From the human T2T-CHM13v2.0 reference genome, Homo sapiens, in NCBI RefSeq assembly GCF_009914755.1, contig NC_060942.1: a stretch of 64,000 nt of DNA; one strand, 5' to 3'. Under the pieces are notes generated by a model that was given only the letters and a program-made list of their open reading frames with translations, ran no database searches and was not told the origin of the DNA. Below, piece after piece: positions 23,601 through 36,300 of this stretch. The first letter of the stretch is position 1. The number at the start of each line of letters is the position of its first letter. A program made the translations under genes and the position numbers.

Positions 23601-26600
23601 GAAGCATTCTCAGAAACTTATTTGAGATGTGTGTACTCAACTAAGAGAATTGAACCACCGTTTTGAAGGAGCAGTTTTGAAACACTCTTTTTCTGGAATC
23701 TGCAAGAGTATATTTGCCTAGCCTTGAGGATTTCGTTGGAAACGGGATTGTCTTCAGATAAAATCTAGACAGAAGCATTCTCAGAAACTTCTTTGGGATG
23801 TTTGCATTCAAGTCACAGAGTAGAACATTCCCTTTGGTAGAGCAGGTTTGAAACACTCTTTTTTTAGTATATGGAAGTGGACATTTGGAGCGCTTTCAGG
23901 CCTACGTTGGAAAAGGAAATATCTTCCCATAAGAACTAGACAGAAGCATTCTCAGAAACTAGTTTCTGATGTGTGTCCTCAACTAACACAGTTGTACATT
24001 TCTTTAGACAGAACAGTTTTGAAACACTCTTTTTGTGGAATCTGCAAGTGGATACTGGGCTAGATTTGAGGATTTCGTTGGAAACGGGATTACATATAAA
24101 AAGCAGTCAGCAGCATTCTCAGAAAGTTCTTTGTGATGATTGCATTCAAGTCACAGAATTGAACATTCCCTTTCACAGAGCAGGTTTGAAACACTCTTTT
24201 TGTAGTGTGTGTAAGTGGACATTTGGAGCGCTTTCCGGCCTAAGGTGAAAAAGGACATATCTTCCCATAAAAACTAGACAGAAGCATTCTCAGAAACTTA
24301 CTCGTGATGTGTGTCCTCAACTAAAGGAGTAGAACCTTTCTATTCATAGAGAAGTTTTGAAACGCTCTTTTTGTGGAATCTCCAAGTGGATATTTGGCTA
24401 GTTTTGAGGATTTCGTTGGAAGCGGGAATTCATACAAATTGCAGACTGCAGCGTTCTGAGAAGCATCTTTGTGATGTTTGTATTCAAGACACAGAGATGA
24501 ACATTCCCTATCATAGAGCATGTTGGAATCACTCCTTTTGTAGTATCTGGAAGTGGACATTTGGAGCGCTTTCAGGCCTATGTTGAAAAAGGAAATATCG
24601 TCCCATACCAACTAGACACAAGCATTCTCAGAAACTTGTTTGTGATGTGTGCCCTCTACTGACAGAGTTGAACCTTTCTTTTCATAGAGCAGTTTTGAAA
24701 CACTCTTTTTGTAGAATCCGCAAGAGGATATTTGCATAGCTTTGAGGATTTCGTGGGAAACGGGATTGTCTTCAGGTAAAATCTAGACAGAAGCATTCTC
24801 AGAAACTTCTTTGGGATGTTTGCATTCAAGTCACAGAGTAGAACATTCCCTTTGGTAGAGCAGGTTTGAAACACTCTTTTTGTAGTATCTGGAAGTGGAC
24901 ATTTGGAGCGCTTTCAGGCCCATGTTGGAAAGGGAAATATCTTCCCGTAACAACTAGGCAGAAGCATTCTCAGAAACTTATTTGAGATGTGTGTACTCAA
25001 CGAAGAGAATTGAACCACCGTTTTGAAGGAGCAGTTTTGAAACACTCTTTTTCTGGAATCTGTAAGAGTATATTTGCCTAGCCTTGAGGATTTCGTTGGA
25101 AACGGGATTGTCTTCAGATAAAATCTAGACAGAAGCATTCTCAGAAACTTCTTTGGGATGTTTGCATTCAAGTCACAGAGTAGAACATTCCCTTTGGTAG
25201 AGCAGGTTTGAAACACTCTTTTTTTAGTATATGGAAGTGGACATTTTGAGCGCTTTCAGGTCTACGTTGGAAAAGGAAATATCTTCCCATAACAACTAGA
25301 CAGAAGCATTCTCAGAAACTAGTTTCTGATGTGTGTCCTCAACTAACACAGTTGTACATTTCTTTAGACAGAACAGTTTTGAAACACTCTTTTTGTGGAA
25401 TCTGCAAGTGGATACTGGGCTAGATTTGAGGATTTCGTTGGAAACGGGATTACATATAAAAAGCAGACAGCAGCATTCTCAGAAAGTTCTTTGTGATGAT
25501 TGCATTCAAGTCACAGAATTGAACATTCCCTTTCACAGAGCAGGTTTGAAACACTCTTTTTGTAGTGTGTGTAAGTGGACATTTGGAGCGCTTTCCGGCC
25601 TAAGGTGAAAAAGGACATATCTTCCCATAAAAACTAGACAGAAGCATTCTCAGAAACTTACTCGTGATGTGTGTCCTCAACTAAAGGAGTAGAACCTTTC
25701 TATTCATGGAGAAGTTTTGAAACGCTCTTTTTGTGGAATCTCCAAGTGGATATTTGGCTAGTTTTGAGGATTTCGTTGGAAGCGAGAATTCATACAAATT
25801 GCAGACTGCAGCGTTCTGAGAAACATCTTTGTGATGTTTGTATTCAAGACACAGAGATGAACATTCCCTATCATAGAGCATGTTGGAATCACTCCTTTTG
25901 TAGTATCTGGAAGTGGACATTTGGAGCGCTTTCAGGCCTATGTTGAAAAAGGAAATATCTTCCCATAACAACTAGACACAAGCATTCTCAGAAACTTGTT
26001 TGTGATGTGTGCCCTCTACTGACAGAGTTGAACCTTTCTTTTCATAGAGCAGTTTTGAAACACTCTTTTTGTAGAATCCGCAAGAGGATATTTGCATAGC
26101 TTTGAGGATTTCGTGGGAAACGGGATTGTCTTCAGGTAAAATCTAGACAGAAGCATTCTCAGAAACTTCTTTGGGATGTTTGCATTCAAGTCACAGAGTA
26201 GAACATTCCCTTTGGTAGAGCAGGTTTGAAACACTCTTTTTGTAGTATCTGGAAGTGGACATTTGGAGCGCTTTCAGGCCCATGTTGGAAAGGGAAATAT
26301 CTTCCCGTAACAACTAGGCAGAAGCATTCTCAGAAACTTATTTGAGATGTGTGGACTCAACTAAGAGAATTGAACCACCGTTTTGAAGGAGCAGTTTTGA
26401 AACACTCTTTTTCTGGAATCTGCAAGAGTATATTTGCCTAGCCTTGAGGATTTCGTTGGAAACGGGATTGTCTTCAGATAAAATCTAGACAGAAGCATTC
26501 TCAGAAACTTCTTTGGGATGTTTGCATTCAAGTCACAGAGTAGAACATTCCCTTTGGTAGAGCAGGTTTGAAACACTCTTTTTTTAGTATATGGAAGTGG

Positions 26601-27349
26601 ACATTTGGAGCGCTTTCAGGCCTACGTTGGAAAAGGAAATATCTTCCCATAACAACTAGACAGAAGCATTCTCAGAAACTAGTTTCTGATGTGTGTCCTC
26701 AACTAACACAGTTGAACTTTTCTTTAGACAGAACAGTTTTGAAACACTCTTTTTGTGGAATCTGCAAGTGGATATTGGGCTAGATTTGAGGATTTCGTTG
26801 GAAACGCGATTACATATAAAAAGCAGACAGCAGCATTCTCAGAAATTTCTTTGTGATGATTGCATTCAAGTCACAGAATTGAACATTCCCTTTCACAGAG
26901 CAGGTTTGAAACACTCTTTTTGTAGTGTGTGTAAGTGGACATTTGGAGCGCTTTCCGGCCTAAGGTGAAAAAAGAAATATCTTCCCATAAAAACTAGACA
27001 GAAGCATCCTCAGAAACTTACTCGTGATGTGTTTCCTCAACTAAAGGAGTAGAACCTTTCTATTCATAGAGAAGTTTTGAAACGCTCTTTTTGTGGAATC
27101 TCCAAGTGGATATTTGGCTAGTTTTGAGGATTTCGTTGGAAGCGAGAATTCATACAAATTGCAGACTGCAGCGTTCTGAGAAACATCTTTGTGATGTTTG
27201 TATTCAGGACACAGAGATGAACATTCCCTATCATAGAGCAGGTTGGAATCACTCCTTTTGTAGTATTTGGAAGTGGACATTTGGAGCGCTTTCAGGCCTA
27301 TGTTGAAAAAGGAAATATCTTCCCATAACAACTAGACACAAGCATTCTC

Positions 27350-30300
27350 AGAAACTTGTTTGTGATGTGTGCCCTCTACTGACAGAGTTGAACCTTTCTT
27401 TTCATAGAGCAGTTTTGAAACACTCTTTTTGTAGAATCTGCAAGAGGATATTTGCATAGCTTTGAGGATTTCGTGGGAAACGGGATTGTCTTCAGGTAAA
27501 ATCTAGACAGAAGCATTCTCAGAAACTTCTTTGGGATGTTTGCATTCAAGTCACAGAGTAGAACATTCCCTTTGGTAGAGCAGGTTTGAAACACTCTTTT
27601 TGTAGTATCTGGAAGTGGACATTTGGAGCGCTTTCAGGCCCATGTTGGAAAGGGAAATATCTTCCCGTAACAACTAGGCAGAAGCATTCTCAGAAACGTA
27701 TTTGAGATGTGTGGACTCAACGAAGAGAATTGAACCACCGTTTTGAAGGAGCAGTTTTGAAACACTCTTTTTCTGGAATCGGCAAGAGTATATTTGCCTA
27801 GCCTTGAGGATTTCGTTGGAAACGGGATTGTCTTCAGATAAAATCTAGACAGAAGCATTCTCAGAAACTTCTTTGGGATGTTTGCATTCAAGTCACAGAG
27901 TAGAACATTCCCTTTGGTAGAGCAGGTTTGAAACACTCTTTTTTTAGTATATGGAAGTGGACATTTGGAGCGCTTTCAGGCCTACGTTGGAAAAGGAAAT
28001 ATCTTCCCATAACAACTAGACAGAAGCATTCTCAGAAACTAGTTTCTGATGTGTGTCCTCAACTAACACAGTTGTACATTTCTTTAGACAGAACAGTTTT
28101 GAAACACTCTTTTTGTGGAATCTGCAAGTGGATATTGGGCTAGATTTGAGGATTTCGTTGGAAACGGGATTACATATAAAAAGCAGACAGCAGCATTCTC
28201 AGAAAGTTCTTTGTGATGATTGCATTGAAGTCACAGAATTGAACATTCCATTTCACAGAGCAGGTTTGAAACACTCTTTTTGTACTGTGTGTAAGTGGAC
28301 ATTTGGAGCGCTTTCCGGCCTAAGGTGAAAGAGGAAATATCTTCCCATAAAAACTAGACAGAAGCATTCTCAGAAACTTACTCGTGATGTGTGTCCTCAA
28401 CTAAAGGAGTAGAACCTTTCTATTCATAGAGAAGTTTTGAAACGCTCTTTTTGTGGAATCTCCAAGTGGATATTTGGCTAGTTTTGAGGATTTCTTTGGA
28501 AGAGGGAATTCATACAAATTGCAGACTGCAGCGTTCTGAGAAACATCTTTGTGATGTTTGTATTCAGGACACAGAGATGAACATTCCCTATCATAGAGCA
28601 TGTTGGAATCACTCCTTTTGTAGTATCTGGAAGTGGACATTTGGAGCGCTTTCAGGCCTATGTTGAAAAAGGAAATATCTTCCCATAAAAACTAGACACA
28701 AGCATTCTCAGAAACTTGTTTGTGATGTGTGCCCTCTACTGACAGAGTTGAACCTTTCTTTTCATAGAGCAGTTTTGAAACACTCTTTTTGTAGAATCCG
28801 CAAGAGGATATTTGCATAGCTTTGAGGATTTCGTGGGAAACGGGATTGTCTTCAGGTAAAATCTAGACAGAAGCATTCTCAGAAACTTCTTTGGGATGTT
28901 TGCATTCAAGTCACAGAGTAGAACATTCCCTTTGGTAGAGCAGGTTTCAAACACTCTTTTTGTAGTATCTGGAAGTGGACATTTGGAGCGCTTTCAGGCC
29001 CATGTTGGAAAGGGAAATATCTTCCCGTAACAACTAGGCAGAAGCATTCTCAGAAACTTATTTGAGATGTGTGTACTCAACTAAGAGAATTGAACCACCG
29101 TTTTGAAGGAGCAGTTTTGAAACACTCTTTTTCTGGAATCTGCAAGAGTATATTTGCCTAGCCTTGAGGATTTCGTTGGAAACGGGATTGTCTTCAGATA
29201 AAATCTAGACAGAAGCATTCTCAGAAACTTCTTTGGGATGTTTGCATTCAAGTCACAGAGTAGAACATTCCCTTTGGTAGAGCAGGTTTGAAACACTCTT
29301 TTTTTAGTATCTGGAAGTGGACATTTGGAGCGCTTTCAGGCCTACGTTGGAAAAGGAAATATCTTCCCATAACAACTAGACAGAAGCATTCTCAGAAACT
29401 AGTTTCTGATGTGTGTCCTCAACTAACACAGTTGTACATTTCTTTAGACAGAACAGTTTTGAAACACTCTTTTTGTGGAATCTGCAAGTGGATATTGGGC
29501 TAGATTTGAGGATTTCGTTGGAAACGGGATTACATATAAAAAGCAGACAGCAGCATTCTCAGAAAGTTCTTTGTGATGATTGCATTCAAGTCACAGAATT
29601 GAACATTCCCTTTCACAGAGCAGGTTTGAAACACTCTTTTTGTAGTGTGTGTAAGTGGACATTTGGAGCGCTTTCCTGCCTAAGGTGAAAGAGGAAATAT
29701 CTTCCCATAAAAACTAGACAGAAGCATTCTCAGAAACTTACTCGTGATGTGTGTCCTCAACTAAAGGAGTAGAACCTTTCTATTCATAGAGAAGTTTTGA
29801 AACGCTCTTTTTGTGGAATCTCCAAGTGGATATTTGGCTAGTTTTGAGGATTTCTTTGGAAGCGGGAATTCATACAAATTGCAGACTGCAGCGTTCTGAG
29901 AAACATCTTTGTGATGTTTGTATTCAGGACACAGAGATGAACATTCCCTATCATAGAGCATGTTGGAATCACTCCTTTTGTAGTATCTGGAAGTGGACAT
30001 TTGGAGCGCTTTCAGGCCTATGTTGAAAAAGGAAATATCTTCCCATAACAACTAGACACAAGCATTCTCAGAAACTTGTTTGTGATGTGTGCCCTCTACT
30101 GACAGAGTTGAACCTTTCTTTTCATAGAGCAGTTTTGAAACACTCTTTTTGTAGAATCCGCAAGAGGATATTTGCATAGCTTTGAGGATTTCGTGGGAAA
30201 CGGGATTGTCTTCAGGTAAAATCTAGACAGAAGCATTCTCAGAAACTTCTTTGGGATGTTTGCATTCAAGTCACAGAGTAGAACATTCCCTTTGGTAGAG

Positions 30301-33300
30301 CAGGTTTCAAACACTCTTTTTGTAGTATCTGGAAGTGGACATTTGGAGCGCTTTCAGGCCCATGTTGGAAAGGGAAATATCTTCCCGTAACAACTAGGCA
30401 GAAGCATTCTCAGAAACTTATTTGAGATGTGTGTACTCAACTAAGAGAATTGAACCACCGTTTTGAAGGAGCAGTTTTGAAACACTCTTTTTCTGGAATC
30501 TGCAAGAGTATATTTGCCTAGCCTTGAGGATTTCGTTGGAAACGGGATTGTCTTCAGATAAAATCTAGACAGAAGCATTCTCAGAAACTTCTTTGGGATG
30601 TTTGCATTCAAGTCACAGAGTAGAACATTCCCTTTGGTAGAGCAGGTTTGAAACACTCTTTTTTTAGTATATGGAAGTGGACATTTGGAGCGCTTTCAGG
30701 CCTACGTTGGAAAAGGAAATATCTTCCCATAACAACTAGACAGAAGCATTCTCAGAAACTAGTTTCTGATGTGTGTCCTCAACTAACACAGTTGTACATT
30801 TCTTTAGACAGAACAGTTTTGAAACACTCTTTTTGTGGAATCTGCAAGTGGATACTGGGCTAGATTTGAGGATTTCGTTGGAAACGGGATTACATATAAA
30901 AAGCAGTCAGCAGCATTCTCAGAAAGTTCTTTGTGATGATTGCATTCAAGTCACAGAATTGAACATTCCCTTTCACAGAGCAGGTTTGAAACACTCTTTT
31001 TGTAGTGTGTGTAAGTGGACATTTGGAGCGCTTTCCGGCCTAAGGTGAAAAAGGACATATCTTCCCATAAAAACTAGACAGAAGCATTCTCAGAAACTTA
31101 CTCGTGATGTGTGTCCTCAACTAAAGGAGTAGAACCTTTCTATTCATAGAGAAGTTTTGAAACGCTCTTTTTGTGGAATCTCCAAGTGGATATTTGGCTA
31201 GTTTTGAGGATTTCGTTGGAAGCGGGAATTCATACAAATTGCAGACTGCAGCGTTCTGAGAAACATCTTTGTGATGTTTGTATTCAAGACACAGAGATGA
31301 ACATTCCCTATCATAGAGCATGTTGGAATCACTCCTTTTGTAGTATCTGGAAGTGGACATTTGGAGCGCTTTCAGGCCTATGTTGAAAAAGGAAATATCG
31401 TCCCATGCCAACTAGACACAAGCATTCTCAGAAACTTGTTTGTGATGTGTGCCCTCTACTGACAGAGTTGAACCTTTCTTTTCATAGAGCAGTTTTGAAA
31501 CACTCTTTTTGTAGAATCCGCAAGAGGATATTTGCATAGCTTTGAGGATTTCGTGGGAAACGGGATTGTCTTCAGGTAAAATCTAGACAGAAGCATTCTC
31601 AGAAACTTCTTTGGGATGTTTGCATTCAAGTCACAGAGTAGAACATTCCCTTTGGTAGAGCAGGTTTGAAACACTCTTTTTGTAGTATCTGGAAGTGGAC
31701 ATTTGGAGCGCTTTCAGGCCCATGTTGGAAAGGGAAATATCTTCCCGTAACAACTAGGCGGAAGCATTCTCAGAAACTTATTTGAGATGTGTGTACTCAA
31801 CGAAGAGAATTGAACCACCGTTTTGAAGGAGCAGTTTTGAAACCCTCTTTTTCTGGAATCTGCAAGAGTATATTTGCCTAGCCTTGAGGATTTCGTTGGA
31901 AACGGGATTGTCTTCAGATAAAATCTAGACAGAAGCATTCTCAGAAACTTCTTTGGGATGTTTGCATTCAAGTCACAGAGTAGAACATTCCCTTTGGTAG
32001 AGCAGGTTTGAAACACTCTTTTTTTAGTATATGGAAGTGGACATTTGGAGCGCTTTCAGGCCTACGTTGGAAAAGGAAATATCTTCCCATAACAACTAGA
32101 CAGAAGCATTCTCAGAAACTAGTTTCTGATGTGTGTCCTCAACTAACACAGTTGTACATTTCTTTAGACAGAACAGTTTTGAAACACTCTTTTTGTGGAA
32201 TCTGCAAGTGGATACTGGGCTAGATTTGAGGATTTCGTTGGAAACGGGATTACATATAAAAAGCAGTCAGCAGCATTCTCAGAAAGTTCTTTGTGATGAT
32301 TGCATTCAAGTCACAGAATTGAACATTCCCTTTCACAGAGCAGGTTTGAAACACTCTTTTTGTAGTGTGTGTAAGTGGACATTTGGAGCGCTTTCCGGCC
32401 TAAGGTGAAAAAGGACATATCTTCCCATAAAAACTAGACAGAAGCATTCTCAGAAACTTACTCGTGATGTGTGTCCTCAACTAAAGGAGTGGAACCTTTC
32501 TATTCATGGAGAAGTTTTGAAACGCTCTTTTTGTGGAATCTCCAAGTGGATATTTGGCTAGTTTTGAGGATTTCGTTGGAAGCGGGAATTCATACAAATT
32601 GCAGACTGCAGCGTTCTGAGAAACATCTTTGTGATGTTTGTATTCAAGACACAGAGATGAACATTCCCTATCATAGAGCATGTTGGAATCACTCCTTTTG
32701 TAGTATCTGGAAGTGGACATTTGGAGCGCTTTCAGGCCTATGTTGAAAAAGGAAATATCTTCCCATAACAACTAGACACAAGCATTCTCAGAAACTTGTT
32801 TGTGATGTGTGCCCTCTACTGACAGAGTTGAACCTTTCTTTTCATAGAGCAGTTTTGAAACACTCTTTTTGTAGAATCCGCAAGAGGATATTTGCATAGC
32901 TTTGAGGATTTCGTGGGAAACGGGATTGTCTTCAGGTAAAATCTAGACAGAAGCATTCTCAGAAACTTCTTTGGGATGTTTGCATTCAAGTCACAGAGTA
33001 GAACATTCCCTTTGGTAGAGCAGGTTTCAAACACTCTTTTTGTAGTATCTGGAAGTGGACATTTGGAGCGCTTTCAGGCCCATGTTGGAAAGGGAAATAT
33101 CTTCCCGTAACAACTAGGCAGAAGCATTCTCAGAAACTTATTTGAGATGTGTGTACTCAACTAAGAGAATTGAACCACCGTTTTGAAGGAGCAGTTTTGA
33201 AACACTCTTTTTCTGGAATCTGCAAGAGTATATTTGCCTAGCCTTGAGGATTTCGTTGGAAACGGGATTGTCTTCAGATAAAATCTAGACAGAAGCATTC

Positions 33301-36300
33301 TCAGAAACTTCTTTGGGATGTTTGCATTCAAGTCACAGAGTAGAACATTCCCTTTGGTAGAGCAGGTTTGAAACACTCTTTTTTTAGTATATGGAAGTGG
33401 ACATTTGGAGCGCTTTCAGGCCTACGTTGGAAAAGGAAATATCTTCCCATAACAACTAGACAGAAGCATTCTCAGAAACTAGTTTCTGATGTGTGTCCTC
33501 AACTAACACAGTTGTACATTTCTTTATACAGAACAGTTTTGAAACACTCTTTTTGTGGAATCTGCAAGTGGATACTGGGCTAGATTTGAGGATTTCGTTG
33601 GAAACGGGATTACATATAAAAAGCAGTCAGCAGCATTCTCAGAAAGTTCTTTGTGATGATTGCATTCAAGTCACAGAATTGAACATTCCCTTTCACAGAG
33701 CAGGTTTGAAACACTCTTTTTGTAGTGTGTGTAAGTGGACATTTGGAGCGCTTTCCGGCCTAAGGTGAAAAAGGACATATCTTCCCATAAAAACTAGACA
33801 GAAGCATTCTCAGAAACTTACTCGTGATGTGTGTCCTCAACTAAAGGAGTGGAACCTTTCTATTCATGGAGAAGTTTTGAAACGCTCTTTTTGTGGAATC
33901 TCCAAGTGGATATTTGGCTAGTTTTGAGGATTTCGTTGGAAGCGGGAATTCATACAAATTGCAGACTGCAGCGTTCTGAGAAACATCTTTGTGATGTTTG
34001 TATTCAAGACACAGAGATGAACATTCCCTATCATAGAGCATGTTGGAATCACTCCTTTTGTAGTATCTGGAAGTGGACATTTGGAGCGCTTTCAGGCCTA
34101 TGTTGAAAAAGGAAATATCTTCCCATAACAACTAGACACAAGCATTCTCAGAAACTTGTTTGTGATGTGTGCCCTCTACTGACAGAGTTGAACCTTTCTT
34201 TTCATAGAGCAGTTTTGAAACACTCTTTTTGTAGAATCCGCAAGAGGATATTTGCATAGCTTTGAGGATTTCGTGGGAAACGGGATTGTCTTCAGGTAAA
34301 ATCTAGACAGAAGCATTCTCAGAAACTTCTTTGGGATGTTTGCATTCAAGTCACAGAGTAGAACATTCCCTTTGGTAGAGCAGGTTTGAAACACTCTTTT
34401 TGTAGTATCTGGAAGTGGACATTTGGAGCGCTTTCAGGCCCATGTTGGAAAGGGAAATATCTTCCCGTAACAACTAGGCAGAAGCATTCTCAGAAACTTA
34501 TTTGAGATGTGTGTACTCAACTAAGAGAATTGAACCACCGTTTTGAAGGAGCAGTTTTGAAACACTCTTTTTCTGGAATCTGCAAGAGTATATTTGCCTA
34601 GCCTTGAGGATTTCGTTGGAAACGGGATTGTCTTCAGATAAAATCTAGACAGAAGCATTCTCAGAAACTTCTTTGGGATGTTTGCATTCAAGTCACAGAG
34701 TAGAACATTCCCTTTGGTAGAGCAGGTTTGAAACACTCTTTTTTTAGTATATGGAAGTGGACATTTGGAGCGCTTTCAGGCCTACGTTGGAAAAGGAAAT
34801 ATCTTCCCATAACAACTAGACAGAAGCATTCTCAGAAACTAGTTTCTGATGTGTGTCCTCAACTAACACAGTTGTACATTTCTTTAGACAGAACAGTTTT
34901 GAAACACTCTTTTTGTGGAATCTGCAAGTGGATACTGGGCTAGATTTGAGGATTTCGTTGGAAACGGGATTACATATAAAAAGCAGTCAGCAGCATTCTC
35001 AGAAAGTTCTTTGTGATGATTGCATTCAAGTCACAGAATTGAACATTCCCTTTCACAGAGCAGGTTTGAAACACTCTTTTTGTAGTGTGTGTAAGTGGAC
35101 ATTTGGAGCGCTTTCCGGCCTAAGGTGAAAAAGGACATATCTTCCCATAAAAACTAGACAGAAGCATTCTCAGAAACTTACTCGTGATGTGTGTCCTCAA
35201 CTAAAGGAGTAGAACCTTTCTATTCATAGAGAAGTTTTGAAACGCTCTTTTTGTGGAATCTCCAAGTGGATATTTGGCTAGTTTTGAGGATTTCGTTGGA
35301 AGCGGGAATTCATACAAATTGCAGACTGCAGCGTTCTGAGAAACATCTTTGTGATGTTTGTATTCAAGACACAGAGATGAACATTCCCTATCATAGAGCA
35401 TGTTGGAATCACTCCTTTTGTAGTATCTGGAAGTGGACATTTGGAGCGCTTTCAGGCCTATGTTGAAAAAGGAAATATCGTCCCATACCAACTAGACACA
35501 AGCATTCTCAGAAACTTGTTTGTGATGTGTGCCCTCTACTGACAGAGTTGAACCTTTCTTTTCATAGAGCAGTTTTGAAACACTCTTTTTGTAGAATCCG
35601 CAAGAGGATATTTGCATAGCTTTGAGGATTTCGTGGGAAACGGGATTGTCTTCAGGTAAAATCTAGACAGAAGCATTCTCAGAAACTTCTTTGGGATGTT
35701 TGCATTCAAGTCACAGAGTAGAACATTCCCTTTGGTAGAGCAGGTTTGAAACACTCTTTTTGTAGTATCTGGAAGTGGACATTTGGAGCGCTTTCAGGCC
35801 CATGTTGGAAAGGGAAATATCTTCCCGTAACAACTAGGCAGAAGCATTCTCAGAAACTTATTTGAGATGTGTGGACTCAACGAAGAGAATTGAACCACCG
35901 TTTTGAAGGAGCAGTTTTGAAACACTCTTTTTCTGGAATCTGCAAGAGTATATTTGCCTAGCCTTGAGGATTTCGTTGGAAACGGGATTGTCTTCAGATA
36001 AAATCTAGACAGAAGCATTCTCAGAAACTTCTTTGGGATGTTTGCATTCAAGTCACAGAGTAGAACATTCCCTTTGGTAGAGCAGGTTTGAAACACTCTT
36101 TTTTTAGTATATGGAAGTGGACATTTGGAGCGCTTTCAGGCCTACGTTGGAAAAGGAAATATCTTCCCATAACAACTAGACAGAAGCATTCTCAGAAACT
36201 AGTTTCTGATGTGTGTCCTCAACTAACACAGTTGTACATTTCTTTAGACAGAACAGTTTTGAAACACTCTTTTTGTGGAATCTGCAAGTGGATACTGGGC

